DNA of 64,000 nt, from positions 4,548 to 68,547 of the forward strand of contig CAZUDX010000006.1 in assembly GCA_964618695.1 (NCBI GenBank), given 5' to 3'. The translations under genes and the position numbers were made by a program. Source of the DNA: an uncultured Candidatus Bathyarchaeia archaeon (GTDB taxonomy: Archaea; Thermoproteota; Bathyarchaeia; Bathyarchaeales; Bathyarchaeaceae). A model generated the notes under the pieces. The model did not search any database. It saw only the letters and a program-made list of their open reading frames with translations, and had not been told where the DNA came from. This document shows, in pieces, positions 19,851-28,945 of this stretch. Numbering within the stretch: the stretch's first letter is position 1; every line of letters begins with the position of its first letter.

Positions 19851-20465
19851 TTATCCTTTTTGCCTGAAGTTCATTCCAAGAACGTACAGTTCCGCGCTTT
19901 TTGCTCTGCTAGCTTTTGGTTTAACAAGCTTCACGAAACTGAAATGTTGTTTTGTTTCGTCAACGAATTCGTTTAGTGTGTCTCCTTGAAAGACTTTGAC
20001 GAAAAAGTTTCCTCCAGGTCGTAGAATTGAGGTGGCTATTTGTAGGGAGTGTCTTGCGAGGTCAATTTGGCGAGCGTGATCGAGTTCCCAGATTCCAGAG
20101 ATGTTAGGCGAGATGTCTGAGACAACAACATCGGCTGAACGCGGCAAAAGCTCCAGGGTATCTTGAACTGTTTGCGGGTCAGTAATGTCGTCGATGATGG
20201 AGCGAACGTTGGGTGAGTCAACAGGTTCTATCAGTTTAAGGTCAACTGCTAATACAAAACCTGAAGGACCCACAATCCTTAGGGCAGCTTGAGTCCATCC
20301 TCCGGGAGCAGCCCCCAAATCCACAACTACCTGACCGGGCTTGATGAACTTGTATTTTTTTACCGCTTGGAGAAGTTTGTAGGCTGCGCGTGAACGAAGT
20401 TTTTCCTCTTTCGCCTTTCTGTAATAAAATTCTCTCTTTCTTTTTTTTACCCACTCGCTAGGCAA
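19851..20465 (-). CDS. rlmE: 23S rRNA 2'-O-ribose methyltransferase RlmE/FtsJ
   Basis: RSRAAYKLLQ, VVDLGAAPGGW, VVVSDISPNISG and KVFQG motifs. Confidence 0.9.
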   Translation of the reverse strand: MPSEWVKKRKREFYYRKAKEEKLRSRAAYKLLQAVKKYKFIKPGQVVVDLGAAPGGWTQAALRIVGPSGFVLAVDLKLIEPVDSPNVRSIIDDITDPQTVQDTLELLPRSADVVVSDISPNISGIWELDHARQIDLARHSLQIATSILRPGGNFFVKVFQGDTLNEFVDETKQHFSFVKLVKPKASRAKSAELYVLGMNFRQKG

Positions 20466-20467
20466 AA

Positions 20468-20845
20468 CTAGCTTTCACCAGAAGATTCCGTTTCCTTATT
20501 TGTGAGATTTAAAAGCCACTCTGTCATCCTCGGGCATTCGTTGGGGGAGATCGTGCTCCAAGCCCCACATCGTGCATCGTTCGGACACATAAGACATGGA
20601 GAGTTAATGATTGAATTGAGAGATGCAGGCTTTCTCTTAGGATAAAGTCGGTATGTCCACCTTCCTTCGGAGAGTTCCTTCTCACGCCGAATCAAACCCT
20701 TTGTTTCCAGTTTCAGGGCTATTCTGCTGCCTTCTCTGCTGGTGGCGTCCAGTTTTCTCCACAATTCGGACTGAAGCACGCCGTCATTTCCATTGTTGGC
20801 GATAACGTGCAGGGCTTTGTGCTCCAGTTCGTTGCGTCTCGGCAT
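20468..20845 (-). CDS. Winged-helix protein with C-terminal 4-Cys motif (possibly TFE-beta/RPC34-like)
   Basis: wH-like segment VLQSELWRKLDATSREGSRIALKLETKGLIRRE followed by CLMCPNDARCG...NEC. The function assignment is speculative. Confidence 0.55.
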   Translation of the reverse strand: MPRRNELEHKALHVIANNGNDGVLQSELWRKLDATSREGSRIALKLETKGLIRREKELSEGRWTYRLYPKRKPASLNSIINSPCLMCPNDARCGAWSTISPNECPRMTEWLLNLTNKETESSGES

Positions 20846-20953
20846 TTACATCTGTCCTTGAAGTACTCATTAATAATATAGTCCCGTTAAGGCATAAAAA
20901 GATGTATGGTATTACCCAACTTGTCCACGTTAGCGAAGGACAAAAATTGACTA

Positions 20954-22054
20954 TTGTTAGCTATACTGAGAAACTTTTTAACACCCCAAAATCTGTTGAT
21001 ATACCATCATTGCGAGGAACCAAAAAAGTTGCCAGCCAAGAATTCAGCTAACTCTTACTGTTTAGGAATCGAATCCACAGCAGATGATTTCGGCGCCGCA
21101 ATCCTCTCTTTTGACGGCAAAGTCCTCTCCAACGCAAACCACGCTTACGTGCCTAAGGAAGGAGGAATTCATCCGAGAGAAGCCGCTCGACACCACTCTG
21201 AAGTGGCAGAAAAGGTGCTTGCAGAAGCCTTTGAGACAGCAGCAATTAAGCCCCGAGACGTTAACTTGGTAGCGTTTTCTCAGGGACCTGGCTTAGGTCC
21301 ATGTCTCCGCACAGGCGCAACTGTAGCCAGAGCTTTAGCTTCGTATCTTGGAGTTCCGTTGGTTGGAGTCAACCATTGTGTAGCTCATATTGAAATTGGT
21401 AAGCTGGCAACCGGAGCAAGGGACCCTGTTACTCTTTACGTTTCAGGAGGCAACACCATAGTTTCAGCCTTCGAAGCCGAGAAATACAGGGTTTTCGGGG
21501 AGACTTTGGATATTGCTGTGGGAAATTGTCTCGACGTTTTTGCCAGAGAAGTGGGTTTAAGTCAGAGACGGGGCGCGCCTTTCGGTGCTATAGTTGAGGA
21601 GTTGGCTAGCAGGGGGAAAACTTTCGTTTCTCTTCCTTACACTGTGAAGGGCATGGATTTGTCTTTCAGTGGGCTTCTCACAGCAGCTGTACAAGCGTCT
21701 CGCAAAAAAGAGTATTCTGTTGAGGATGTTTGTTTCAGTCTTCAGGAGGTTGCTTTTTCTATGTTGACTGAGGTGACTGAACGGGCTTTGGCTCACACGG
21801 AAAAGCCTGAGGTTCTATTAACTGGGGGAGTAGCAGCAAACAAGAAGTTGCAGTCAATGCTTAAGGTGATAGCGGAGGAGCATGATGCACGTTTCTGTGT
21901 TGTTCCTCGGGGGCTTGCGGCGGACAATGGGGCTATGATCGCTTGGACCGGAATTCTTGCCTACAAGTGCGGTTTGTCTGTTCCTGTTGAGAAGAGTTAC
22001 GTCAATGTGAAGTGGCGTTTGGAAGACGTTTATGCGCCTTGGGTTGAGGGATGA
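20954..22054 (+). CDS. kae1: KEOPS subunit Kae1 (tRNA t6A threonylcarbamoyltransferase)
   Basis: LGIESTADDFGAAI, GPGLGPCLRTG, HCVAHIE and LTGGVAANKKL motifs. There is no ATG near the conserved N-terminus. The ORF opens at TTG 20954, and an in-frame TTG at 21029 is an equally plausible start. Confidence 0.9.
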   Translation: MLAILRNFLTPQNLLIYHHCEEPKKLPAKNSANSYCLGIESTADDFGAAILSFDGKVLSNANHAYVPKEGGIHPREAARHHSEVAEKVLAEAFETAAIKPRDVNLVAFSQGPGLGPCLRTGATVARALASYLGVPLVGVNHCVAHIEIGKLATGARDPVTLYVSGGNTIVSAFEAEKYRVFGETLDIAVGNCLDVFAREVGLSQRRGAPFGAIVEELASRGKTFVSLPYTVKGMDLSFSGLLTAAVQASRKKEYSVEDVCFSLQEVAFSMLTEVTERALAHTEKPEVLLTGGVAANKKLQSMLKVIAEEHDARFCVVPRGLAADNGAMIAWTGILAYKCGLSVPVEKSYVNVKWRLEDVYAPWVEG

Positions 22055-22057
22055 ATT

Positions 22058-22690
22058 ATGCTCATTAAGAAGGGTGCGGAAGCCAGCTTATTCTTGGAGG
22101 ATTGGCATAACCGCAAGGTCATTATGAAGCGGCGGTTGCCCAAAAAGTATCGCATAGAAGAACTGGACAAGATGATTCGTTCTCAACGGACAGTTCATGA
22201 ACCAAATATTATCCACAAAGCCAAGGAGGCAGGTGTTCCTACGCCAACAATCTATATGGTTGACGTGGCAGACGCAAACATCATCATGGAGTTTGTGGAT
22301 GGAAAACAAGTCAAAGAAATATTAGACCATGTTTCCCCCGAAGAAAGATTAAGTTTGAGTGGTCATATTGGCGGAATGATTGGGCGTCTCCACAAGCACG
22401 GGATTATCCATGGTGACCTAACGACCTCAAATATGATTTTGACGTCTTACGGTAAAGTTGTTTTTGTTGACTTTGGGTTAAGCGATAGGTCCAAGGAACT
22501 GGAATCTAAGGGTGTTGATCTTCATCTTATGAAGCGGGCTCTTCAAAGCACCCACTACAAGCACGCGAAAGAGTGTTTTAAAGCTGTCATGAAAGGATAC
22601 GCCGAAGTAGTGGGAGATGAAGAGGCGAAAAATGTTTCAGAAAAGATTCGAGAGATAGAGAAGAGGGGACGTTATGTCTCCGAGAGGTAA
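22058..22690 (+). CDS. bud32: KEOPS subunit Bud32 (atypical Ser/Thr kinase)
   Basis: GAEASLF...VIMKRRLPKKYR, IIHGDLTTSNMIL and VFVDFGLS motifs. It lies immediately after kae1 and is not fused to it. Confidence 0.9.
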   Translation: MLIKKGAEASLFLEDWHNRKVIMKRRLPKKYRIEELDKMIRSQRTVHEPNIIHKAKEAGVPTPTIYMVDVADANIIMEFVDGKQVKEILDHVSPEERLSLSGHIGGMIGRLHKHGIIHGDLTTSNMILTSYGKVVFVDFGLSDRSKELESKGVDLHLMKRALQSTHYKHAKECFKAVMKGYAEVVGDEEAKNVSEKIREIEKRGRYVSER

Positions 22691-22763
22691 AGAAAGCCTA
22701 CACTAAAAAGTTGAAAGTCTCTAAATAGGTGGGTGATTAGATGTTAAGATTTGTTGAGGTGGT

Positions 22764-23051
22764 TTGTTGAAGCTTCTGCTTGACGAGATGTATGCTGGGT
22801 TGAAGGAGTATTTTGAGATTTTGGGATGGGATGTCATAACCGTTCAAGAGGCAGGGTTGAGAGGAGCAAAAGACCGAGCTGTTGTGGAATACGCGTTAAA
22901 CAACAACCTGCTTCTCGTGACGCAAGACCAGAAACCTGCTGACCTCTCACATCTTAAAGGAGCCAAATGCGTGCTTATCTCTAATGCAATGATTGCCAAA
23001 ATCGCAGACGAAAAAATCAGAGAAAAATACCCCCACATCAAACAGAAATAA
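22764..23051 (+). CDS. Small PIN-like/Mut7-C-like (DUF5615-like) protein
   Basis: LLLDEM...GWDV...AGLRGAKDRAVVEYALNNNLLLVTQD resembles DUF5615-type PIN-like proteins. This is a weak call. Confidence 0.45.
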   Translation: MLKLLLDEMYAGLKEYFEILGWDVITVQEAGLRGAKDRAVVEYALNNNLLLVTQDQKPADLSHLKGAKCVLISNAMIAKIADEKIREKYPHIKQK

Positions 23052-23691
23052 GAACCGTAATCTGAAGGAAAACAACTTGAAGGCAAAAACTAACCTAAAC
23101 ACAAGCTTTCTGAGAGGCAAAGTAGCTCTTTTCGTAACAACTAACATTCACAAATTCCAAGAAGCCCGTCGAGTGCTCTCCGAATACAAGATTGCAACCG
23201 CCAAGCTCAGAGTAGATGCTGTTGAAATTCAGGATGACAGCCTTGAAAACATCGCTAAAACCAGTGCCCTCGACGCAGTTAAAAACTGTGGACTCCCCAT
23301 TTTCGTAGAAGACGCTGGACTTTTCGTCGAAGCCTTAAACGGTTTTCCCGGACCCTACTCCAGCTACGTTTACAGAACAGTTGGAACCAAAGGCATCCTC
23401 AAGCTGATGAAGAACATTAAAAACCGAACCGCATATTTCCAATCTGTAATCGCCTTCAGCAGCCCACAAGAACAGCCAACCTGCTTCATCGGCAAAGTGA
23501 AAGGAAAAATTTCTTCCCAAGAACGAGGAAGTGAAGGTTTCGGTTACGACCCTATATTTGAGCCATTAAAGGGCGACGGCAGAACCTTTGCGGAGATGGT
23601 AACAGAGGAAAAGAATCAGTTTTCCCATCGGGCTGAGGCTCTGAGAAAGTTCGCTGAATGGTATGCTTCGGATTTCAAACGAAGATTTTAA
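22993..23691 (+). CDS. rdgB: Non-canonical purine NTP pyrophosphatase (RdgB/HAM1 family) with K/N-rich N-terminal extension
   Basis: VTTNIHKFQEA, EDAGLFVEALNGFPGPYS, GFGYDPIF and SHRAEA motifs. The only ATG (22993) gives a ~45-aa low-complexity leader that overlaps the previous ORF by 59 nt, so the start is uncertain. Confidence 0.8.
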   Translation: MPKSQTKKSEKNTPTSNRNKNRNLKENNLKAKTNLNTSFLRGKVALFVTTNIHKFQEARRVLSEYKIATAKLRVDAVEIQDDSLENIAKTSALDAVKNCGLPIFVEDAGLFVEALNGFPGPYSSYVYRTVGTKGILKLMKNIKNRTAYFQSVIAFSSPQEQPTCFIGKVKGKISSQERGSEGFGYDPIFEPLKGDGRTFAEMVTEEKNQFSHRAEALRKFAEWYASDFKRRF

Positions 23692-23738
23692 ATACTCGCG
23701 TTCCTTCCGCCTTTAAGGAGCTTTCAGAGGAAGATAAC

Positions 23739-24179
23739 ATGCCTAAGAAAGAAAAAGGAATGTCCCATCAAACAAGGCCGGTAACCAAGAGACCGCCAAC
23801 ATGGTGCAGGTACACGGCTGAAGAAGTGGAAGCCCTAGTCATGAGGCTGGCTAAGGACGGTCACTCTCCCAGCAAGATAGGAATAATTCTCCGTGACCAA
23901 CACGGTATCCCATTGGCGAAACCTATCGCCGGAAAATCTGTTACTCAAATTCTTAAAGAGCGAGGCTTAGCTTCGACTCTCCCAGAAGATTTAGAAAACC
24001 TTTTGCGAAAGGCCACGCGCCTTCATGTTCACTATGACAAAAATAAAGCAGATTTGAGTAACAAAAGGGCTCTCCAGCTTGTGGAGGCAAAAATTTACAA
24101 GCTCTCAAGATACTACAAACACAAAGGTGTGCTTCCTGCTGACTGGAAATACCAACCAAAAACAGTTTCTCTCTTTTAG
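23739..24179 (+). CDS. rps15: Ribosomal protein uS15 (S15P/S13e)
   Basis: PTWCRYTAEEVEALVMRLAKDGHSPSKIGIILRDQHGIP... I chose the ATG at 23739 (MPKKEKG). Confidence 0.9.
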   Translation: MPKKEKGMSHQTRPVTKRPPTWCRYTAEEVEALVMRLAKDGHSPSKIGIILRDQHGIPLAKPIAGKSVTQILKERGLASTLPEDLENLLRKATRLHVHYDKNKADLSNKRALQLVEAKIYKLSRYYKHKGVLPADWKYQPKTVSLF

Positions 24180-24194
24180 TTTCGGGGTTCATTT

Positions 24195-25649
24195 TTGTGC
24201 GTGAATAAGAAACAGATTGCTGGCCTCATGAAAGACGCATCTGAGGCAGCTAACCTTATTCGCGAACACGTCGAAAAGGGCGACGTTATTCATGTATCTT
24301 CTCATATAGACGCTGACGGGTTATCAGCTGCTGGAATCATCGGAAAAGCCTTGTTTAGGGCAGGCGGAAGCTTTCGTCTTCGACTAGAAAGATGGATGGA
24401 TGAGAAGGTGGCTGACCGGATAGCTTCAGAAAATGCTGCATTAACCATTTTCACTGACATGGGAAGCGGCTATCTTGACCTGCTAGGCGAAAAACTCTCC
24501 AACAGAGACGTAATCATCCTTGATCACCACCAACCCGTCGCAGAAATTCCTTCAGGTTTCGTTCAAGTTAATCCTCACTCTCACGGAATAGATGGAACCC
24601 GCCACATAAGCGGCGCAGGAGTAGCCTACTTTGCCGCAAAGGCACTGGGCAAAGCCAACATCGACCTAGCTTATCTTGCCGTGGTTGGAGCTTTGGGAGA
24701 CTTGCAAGACAAAAACGATGAAAGAAAGTTGGGCGGCGCCAACAAAACAATAGTGGAAGACGCTGTAAAGTCAAAATGTCTCAAAGTGGAAACTGATCTA
24801 TTGTTCTTCGGAAGAGAGACGCGCCCCATCCATCAAGCCCTTGCTCGGACAACGAATCCGTTTATTCCCGGAATAAGCGGGGAAGAAGACAAGAGTCTTG
24901 CCTTCCTTGTGAATTTGGGTATCAAACCTAAACGTAATGAAAAGTGGCGGGCTTTGAGGGACCTTTCGGCGGAGGAGAAGAAAAAGCTGCTTTCAGCCAT
25001 CGCTGATTATTTGGTGTCTAAGGGTTTAGCTGGAGACACAGCCTTGAATTTGGTTGGGCAGGTTTACACGTTGATTCATGAAGCGCCTTGGACCCCTCTC
25101 AGGAGCGCTCGAGAGTTCACTGTTATGCTTAATGCTACTGGACGTATGGACAAGGCTGGTCTCGGTGCGGCTATCTGTATGGGTGACCGAAAGAAATGTT
25201 TGGAGGAGGCAACTGAGGTGATGCAGGAGTATCGGCGTACAATCACCAAATATCTGCGTTGGGTCACCGAAGAATCTGGACGCTTAGAAGAATTGGAAAA
25301 CATTTACGTTGTTAGGGGAGACGGGTTCATAGACGAGAAGGTCATCAGCCCAGTTTCCACGATTCTCTCAACATCTCTTTCTCAGCTTGGGAAACCAATC
25401 ATCGCTTATGCTACTATTTCTGGGGAAGACATGGTTAAGGTCTCGTCTAGGGGGCTTGAGCCTTTGGTGAAGAAGGGGTTGAACTTGGGGGAGATTATGC
25501 AGGTTGCTGCTGAGAAGTTTTCTGGAAGAGGGGGAGGACATGATGTTGCTGCGGGGGCTCAGATACCGATAAAAGATGTGGAAGCTTTCCTTAAGCTGGT
25601 GAACAAGCTGGTTAAGAAACAGTTGGCGGGAGAACAGATTGGAGGCTGA
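24195..25649 (+). CDS. RecJ-like DHH/DHHA1 phosphoesterase (archaeal RecJ/GAN-like)
   Basis: SSHIDADGLSAAG (DHH motif I-II), ILDHHQP (DHH) and GGGHDVAAGA (DHHA1). The ATG at 24228 is a likely true start. Confidence 0.85.
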   Translation: MCVNKKQIAGLMKDASEAANLIREHVEKGDVIHVSSHIDADGLSAAGIIGKALFRAGGSFRLRLERWMDEKVADRIASENAALTIFTDMGSGYLDLLGEKLSNRDVIILDHHQPVAEIPSGFVQVNPHSHGIDGTRHISGAGVAYFAAKALGKANIDLAYLAVVGALGDLQDKNDERKLGGANKTIVEDAVKSKCLKVETDLLFFGRETRPIHQALARTTNPFIPGISGEEDKSLAFLVNLGIKPKRNEKWRALRDLSAEEKKKLLSAIADYLVSKGLAGDTALNLVGQVYTLIHEAPWTPLRSAREFTVMLNATGRMDKAGLGAAICMGDRKKCLEEATEVMQEYRRTITKYLRWVTEESGRLEELENIYVVRGDGFIDEKVISPVSTILSTSLSQLGKPIIAYATISGEDMVKVSSRGLEPLVKKGLNLGEIMQVAAEKFSGRGGGHDVAAGAQIPIKDVEAFLKLVNKLVKKQLAGEQIGG

Positions 25650-25884
25650 AATTCGTCTCTCCTACAAGAATGAGCGGGAAGCTGAAGCGGTGGCTAAGGC
25701 TGTTTCTCCAGACAATGTAGAGGTTCCACCGGGATTATACATCAAAACAGTGAGGAAAGACTCTGAAGTTCACACGAAAGTAGAGTGCCAAACGAAACTG
25801 GCGACACTCATAGCTACACTTGACGACCTTTTAGCCTGCGTGTCAGTAGCAGAAAAGACTTTCAATGTAGCAAAGAAATTATAG
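25639..25884 (+). CDS. pcc1: KEOPS subunit Pcc1
   Basis: 81 aa. The pattern AEAVAKAVSPDN...TLIATLDDLLACVSVAEKT is typical of the Pcc1/CTAG family. TTG start overlaps the recJ-like stop. Confidence 0.7.
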   Translation: MEAEIRLSYKNEREAEAVAKAVSPDNVEVPPGLYIKTVRKDSEVHTKVECQTKLATLIATLDDLLACVSVAEKTFNVAKKL

Positions 25885-25989
25885 TTGCACCAAAATACCA
25901 GTAGACCCTTTTCCTGCAAGTTCTGGTATATAATGTTAAATATTGAGTTGGTTCTAGTTTTGAGGCGAATGGGTTCCGAGGCGTAGTTG

Positions 25990-27267
25990 ATGTTAGACAT
26001 TAAGTTGATTCGAGAGCATCCTGAAATCGTGAGAAAAGACCTAGAGAAGAGGGGAGAACCAGAAAAAATTGAGATGCTCAACAATCTCATACAATACGAC
26101 CAACAGTGGAGAAAACTGCTTACAGAAGCAAACGAGCTTCGACACAAACGAAAGGTGATAACCGCCGAAGTAGCGAATCTGAAGAAGAAAGGAAAAGATG
26201 CCAGCAAACAGATAGAAGAAGCAAAAAACATACCTGAAAAAATAAAGAAACTGGAAAAACAGGTGGAGGACTACCGAGAAAAAGCCGACCTTCTACTGCT
26301 GAAGCTACCCAACATACTCCACGAAACAGTTCCCTTCGGCAAAGACGAAACCGAAAACGTCGTTGAAAAAGTCGTTGGTAAACCTCCAAAATTCGATTTC
26401 AAACCCAAAAGCCATGTAGAAATCGCTTCGGATTTAGGGTTAGCCGATTTTGAAAGGGCAGCCAAAGTTGCCGGTCACGGCTTCTACTATCTGAAAGGTG
26501 ATTTGGCGAGACTTGACTTCGCAATTATGAACTACACGATAGACTTCCTCCGAAACAGAGGCTACACCCTGATAGAACCCCCATTGATGATGCGACAAAA
26601 ACCATATCTGGGAGTCACAGACCTCGAATTCTTCGGAGACCAACTGTATAAAATAGAAAAAGCTGACCTCTACCTGATAGCAACCAGCGAACATCCCATG
26701 GCAGCAACCTTCATGGACGAAGTCATCCTCCAAGAATGTTTACCAATAAAATATGTTGGAGTCAGTCCATGCTTCAGAAAAGAAGTTGGCGCCCACGGCA
26801 AATACACCAAAGGATTGTTCAGGGTGCACCAATTCAACAAAATCGAACAATTCATCTTTTGCCATCCCGAAGACTCTTGGAAGTTCCATGAAGAACTCCA
26901 AAAAAACAGTGAAGACCTCTACAACGGTTTGGGGCTACACTATAGGGTTGTAAACGTCTGCACCGGAGACATCGGAATAATCGCTGCTAAAAAATATGAC
27001 ATAGAAGTTTGGATGGCAGACGGCACCTACAGAGAAGCAGGCTCAAACAGCAACTGTACAGACTATCAAGCGAGAAGATTGAACATCAAATACCGAGAAA
27101 AGGCGGGTCAATCTCCAGTCGGGTTTGTTCACACCCTAAATAACACTGCCCTCGCAACCAGCAGAACAATGATAGCCATCCTTGAACAACATCAACAAAA
27201 AGACGGTTCTGTCGTTATTCCTGAAGTTTTACGACCTTTAATGGGCGGTCTCGAAAGGCTTGAATGA
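25990..27267 (+). CDS. serS: Seryl-tRNA synthetase
   Basis: MLDIKLIRE start with an N-terminal coiled coil. Class II motifs FRKEVGAHGKYTKGLFRVHQFNKIEQF, YREAGSNSNCTDYQARRL and HTLNNTALATSR. Confidence 0.95.
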   Translation: MLDIKLIREHPEIVRKDLEKRGEPEKIEMLNNLIQYDQQWRKLLTEANELRHKRKVITAEVANLKKKGKDASKQIEEAKNIPEKIKKLEKQVEDYREKADLLLLKLPNILHETVPFGKDETENVVEKVVGKPPKFDFKPKSHVEIASDLGLADFERAAKVAGHGFYYLKGDLARLDFAIMNYTIDFLRNRGYTLIEPPLMMRQKPYLGVTDLEFFGDQLYKIEKADLYLIATSEHPMAATFMDEVILQECLPIKYVGVSPCFRKEVGAHGKYTKGLFRVHQFNKIEQFIFCHPEDSWKFHEELQKNSEDLYNGLGLHYRVVNVCTGDIGIIAAKKYDIEVWMADGTYREAGSNSNCTDYQARRLNIKYREKAGQSPVGFVHTLNNTALATSRTMIAILEQHQQKDGSVVIPEVLRPLMGGLERLE

Positions 27268-27331
27268 ATTGAAAAGCCGAAGATTTTAATACTTCCCTGT
27301 GAAATCTTTCCAAACGCAATGAGGGTATGAT

Positions 27332-27919
27332 GTGTCAAAGAGAAAAGGGCGCATAAAAGACAAGTGGCGAGACAAAAAATGGTACAAAGTAGTGTCTCCG
27401 CCATATTTCGGCGGGGTTGAATTAGGAGATGTACCAGCAGACGATCCCGCAAAGCTTGTTGGAAGAATTATAGACGGTACTCTCTACGACATTACTAACG
27501 ACTTCGCGCATCAATATCTCAAACTATATTTCAGAGTAGAGGATGTTGAAGGCAAAACCGCCCGCACCGTGTTTAAAGGTCACGAATACTCCCGAGATTA
27601 CCTGAGGAGCTTGGTTAGAAGAAGAACAACACGCGTAGACGGCATCTTCAATGTTAACACCAAAGATGGTTATGGCTTAATGCTGGCGGTCTCCGTTTTC
27701 ACTCTTTCACGCATAAAAACCTCCCAAGAACAAGAGATACGCACAATTATGAACAAAATCGTTAAGGAAAAAGCGTCTGTCCTCACCTTCGACCAGTTCG
27801 TTCAAGAACTTGTCCTAGGAAAAATTGCTTCCGACATCTACAACGAAGCAAAAAAGATATCTCCACTCCGACATGTGGGTGTCCGAAAATCAAAACTCAC
27901 TCTTCAACCAGCCGCTTAG
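27332..27919 (+). CDS. rps3ae: Ribosomal protein eS1 (S3Ae)
   Basis: GTG start. KGRIKDKWRDKKWYKVVSPPYFGG and GRIIDGTLYDITNDF are typical of S3Ae. Confidence 0.9.
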   Translation: MSKRKGRIKDKWRDKKWYKVVSPPYFGGVELGDVPADDPAKLVGRIIDGTLYDITNDFAHQYLKLYFRVEDVEGKTARTVFKGHEYSRDYLRSLVRRRTTRVDGIFNVNTKDGYGLMLAVSVFTLSRIKTSQEQEIRTIMNKIVKEKASVLTFDQFVQELVLGKIASDIYNEAKKISPLRHVGVRKSKLTLQPAA

Positions 27920-28228
27920 CCTTTTACTAATATTCTCATGTTGCAATTTGTTTGCATAATACGTGTGAAGATAGCTGCTTTCTTGCAGTTATTCCATGTT
28001 CTTGCAGAAAATCCGATTAGGAAGAGAAATAACAATTTTTGCCGAGGAGTTATCTGTATCACTCCTAAGGTTTCTATTCATGCTTTTAGGCGTCTGTATT
28101 GGTCTCAGTTTTCTTGGTTTGAATTATTAATTAGTATGTAGTTCCCAACGTAATGATACAGTTTGACGATGCATTATGTTTATTTGCCCATACTGCATTA
28201 GGGTATATTAGTCGAAGGAGACAAACAC

Positions 28229-28729
28229 ATGGAACGGAAACCGAGCAAAGACGAAGCATTTGAAGCTCTTGACTTCATAATAAACGTCTTGAAAGAACAC
28301 GAAAAAGACCTTGACCGCCTCATAAGTCAACTCGGCATCATAACAGAAAGTCTGGGAGAAACCGGCGAAATAACTGGCAAAATCGAAAACATCGAAGACC
28401 GACTCGGATCTCTTCAAGGCGAAATAACAAACCTAATAAAATACATAGCCGCCCCCAAAAACGTGCCAGCTTATGCTCACGGACCCCCCGTTATCGTCAA
28501 GTGTAAACAATGGGAAGACTTCAAAAATCTGGCAGCAGGAGCAGAAACCGTCTCGTTCCTTTACAAAGAGGTGGAGAAATCCTTCCAAGCTGATGCTCTA
28601 AAAAAAGGCAAAGTCCTGTCATACACGGGAGAATTTCCCCAGAATACCAGTCTCCTGAAACTATGGCTGTCGAAAGAATTGGAAGTCGCTGAAGAGGCAA
28701 TCTTCGAAGGCGTTTTGGACCTAGGTTGA
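28229..28729 (+). CDS. Hypothetical protein with N-terminal coiled coil
   Basis: Long ORF with an AGGAG-like sequence (GAAGGAGAC) upstream. I recognised no motif. Confidence 0.55.
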   Translation: MERKPSKDEAFEALDFIINVLKEHEKDLDRLISQLGIITESLGETGEITGKIENIEDRLGSLQGEITNLIKYIAAPKNVPAYAHGPPVIVKCKQWEDFKNLAAGAETVSFLYKEVEKSFQADALKKGKVLSYTGEFPQNTSLLKLWLSKELEVAEEAIFEGVLDLG

Positions 28730-28945
28730 GTTTGGATTAACAAACTTTTTATACGGTTGACGCATAATATCGCATGTATTAATATACATGAGTCTCGAGG
28801 TTGAGGTTGAAAGATAAACATAACGCGTGACCCGCCTCACATTATTCCAAACTCCTTTCTCTCTCTGATGAGGCGCACTTTACGCGTTAAACCAACAAAC
28901 GATGAAACCCCGAGATCCACGGCAGAACCTTTAGCTTGTTCTTTT

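Noticed and set aside
25770-26465. Minus-strand ORFs 25770-26231, 26120-26389 and 26271-26465
   Set aside because: They are antisense to the pcc1 and serS genes, which have strong motif support. Their sequences are low-complexity and S/F/L-rich.
28866-28930. Box C/D sRNA (TGATGA at 28866 and GATGAA ~35 nt later)
   Set aside because: No CTGA D or D' boxes sit at the required spacing, and there is no terminal stem.
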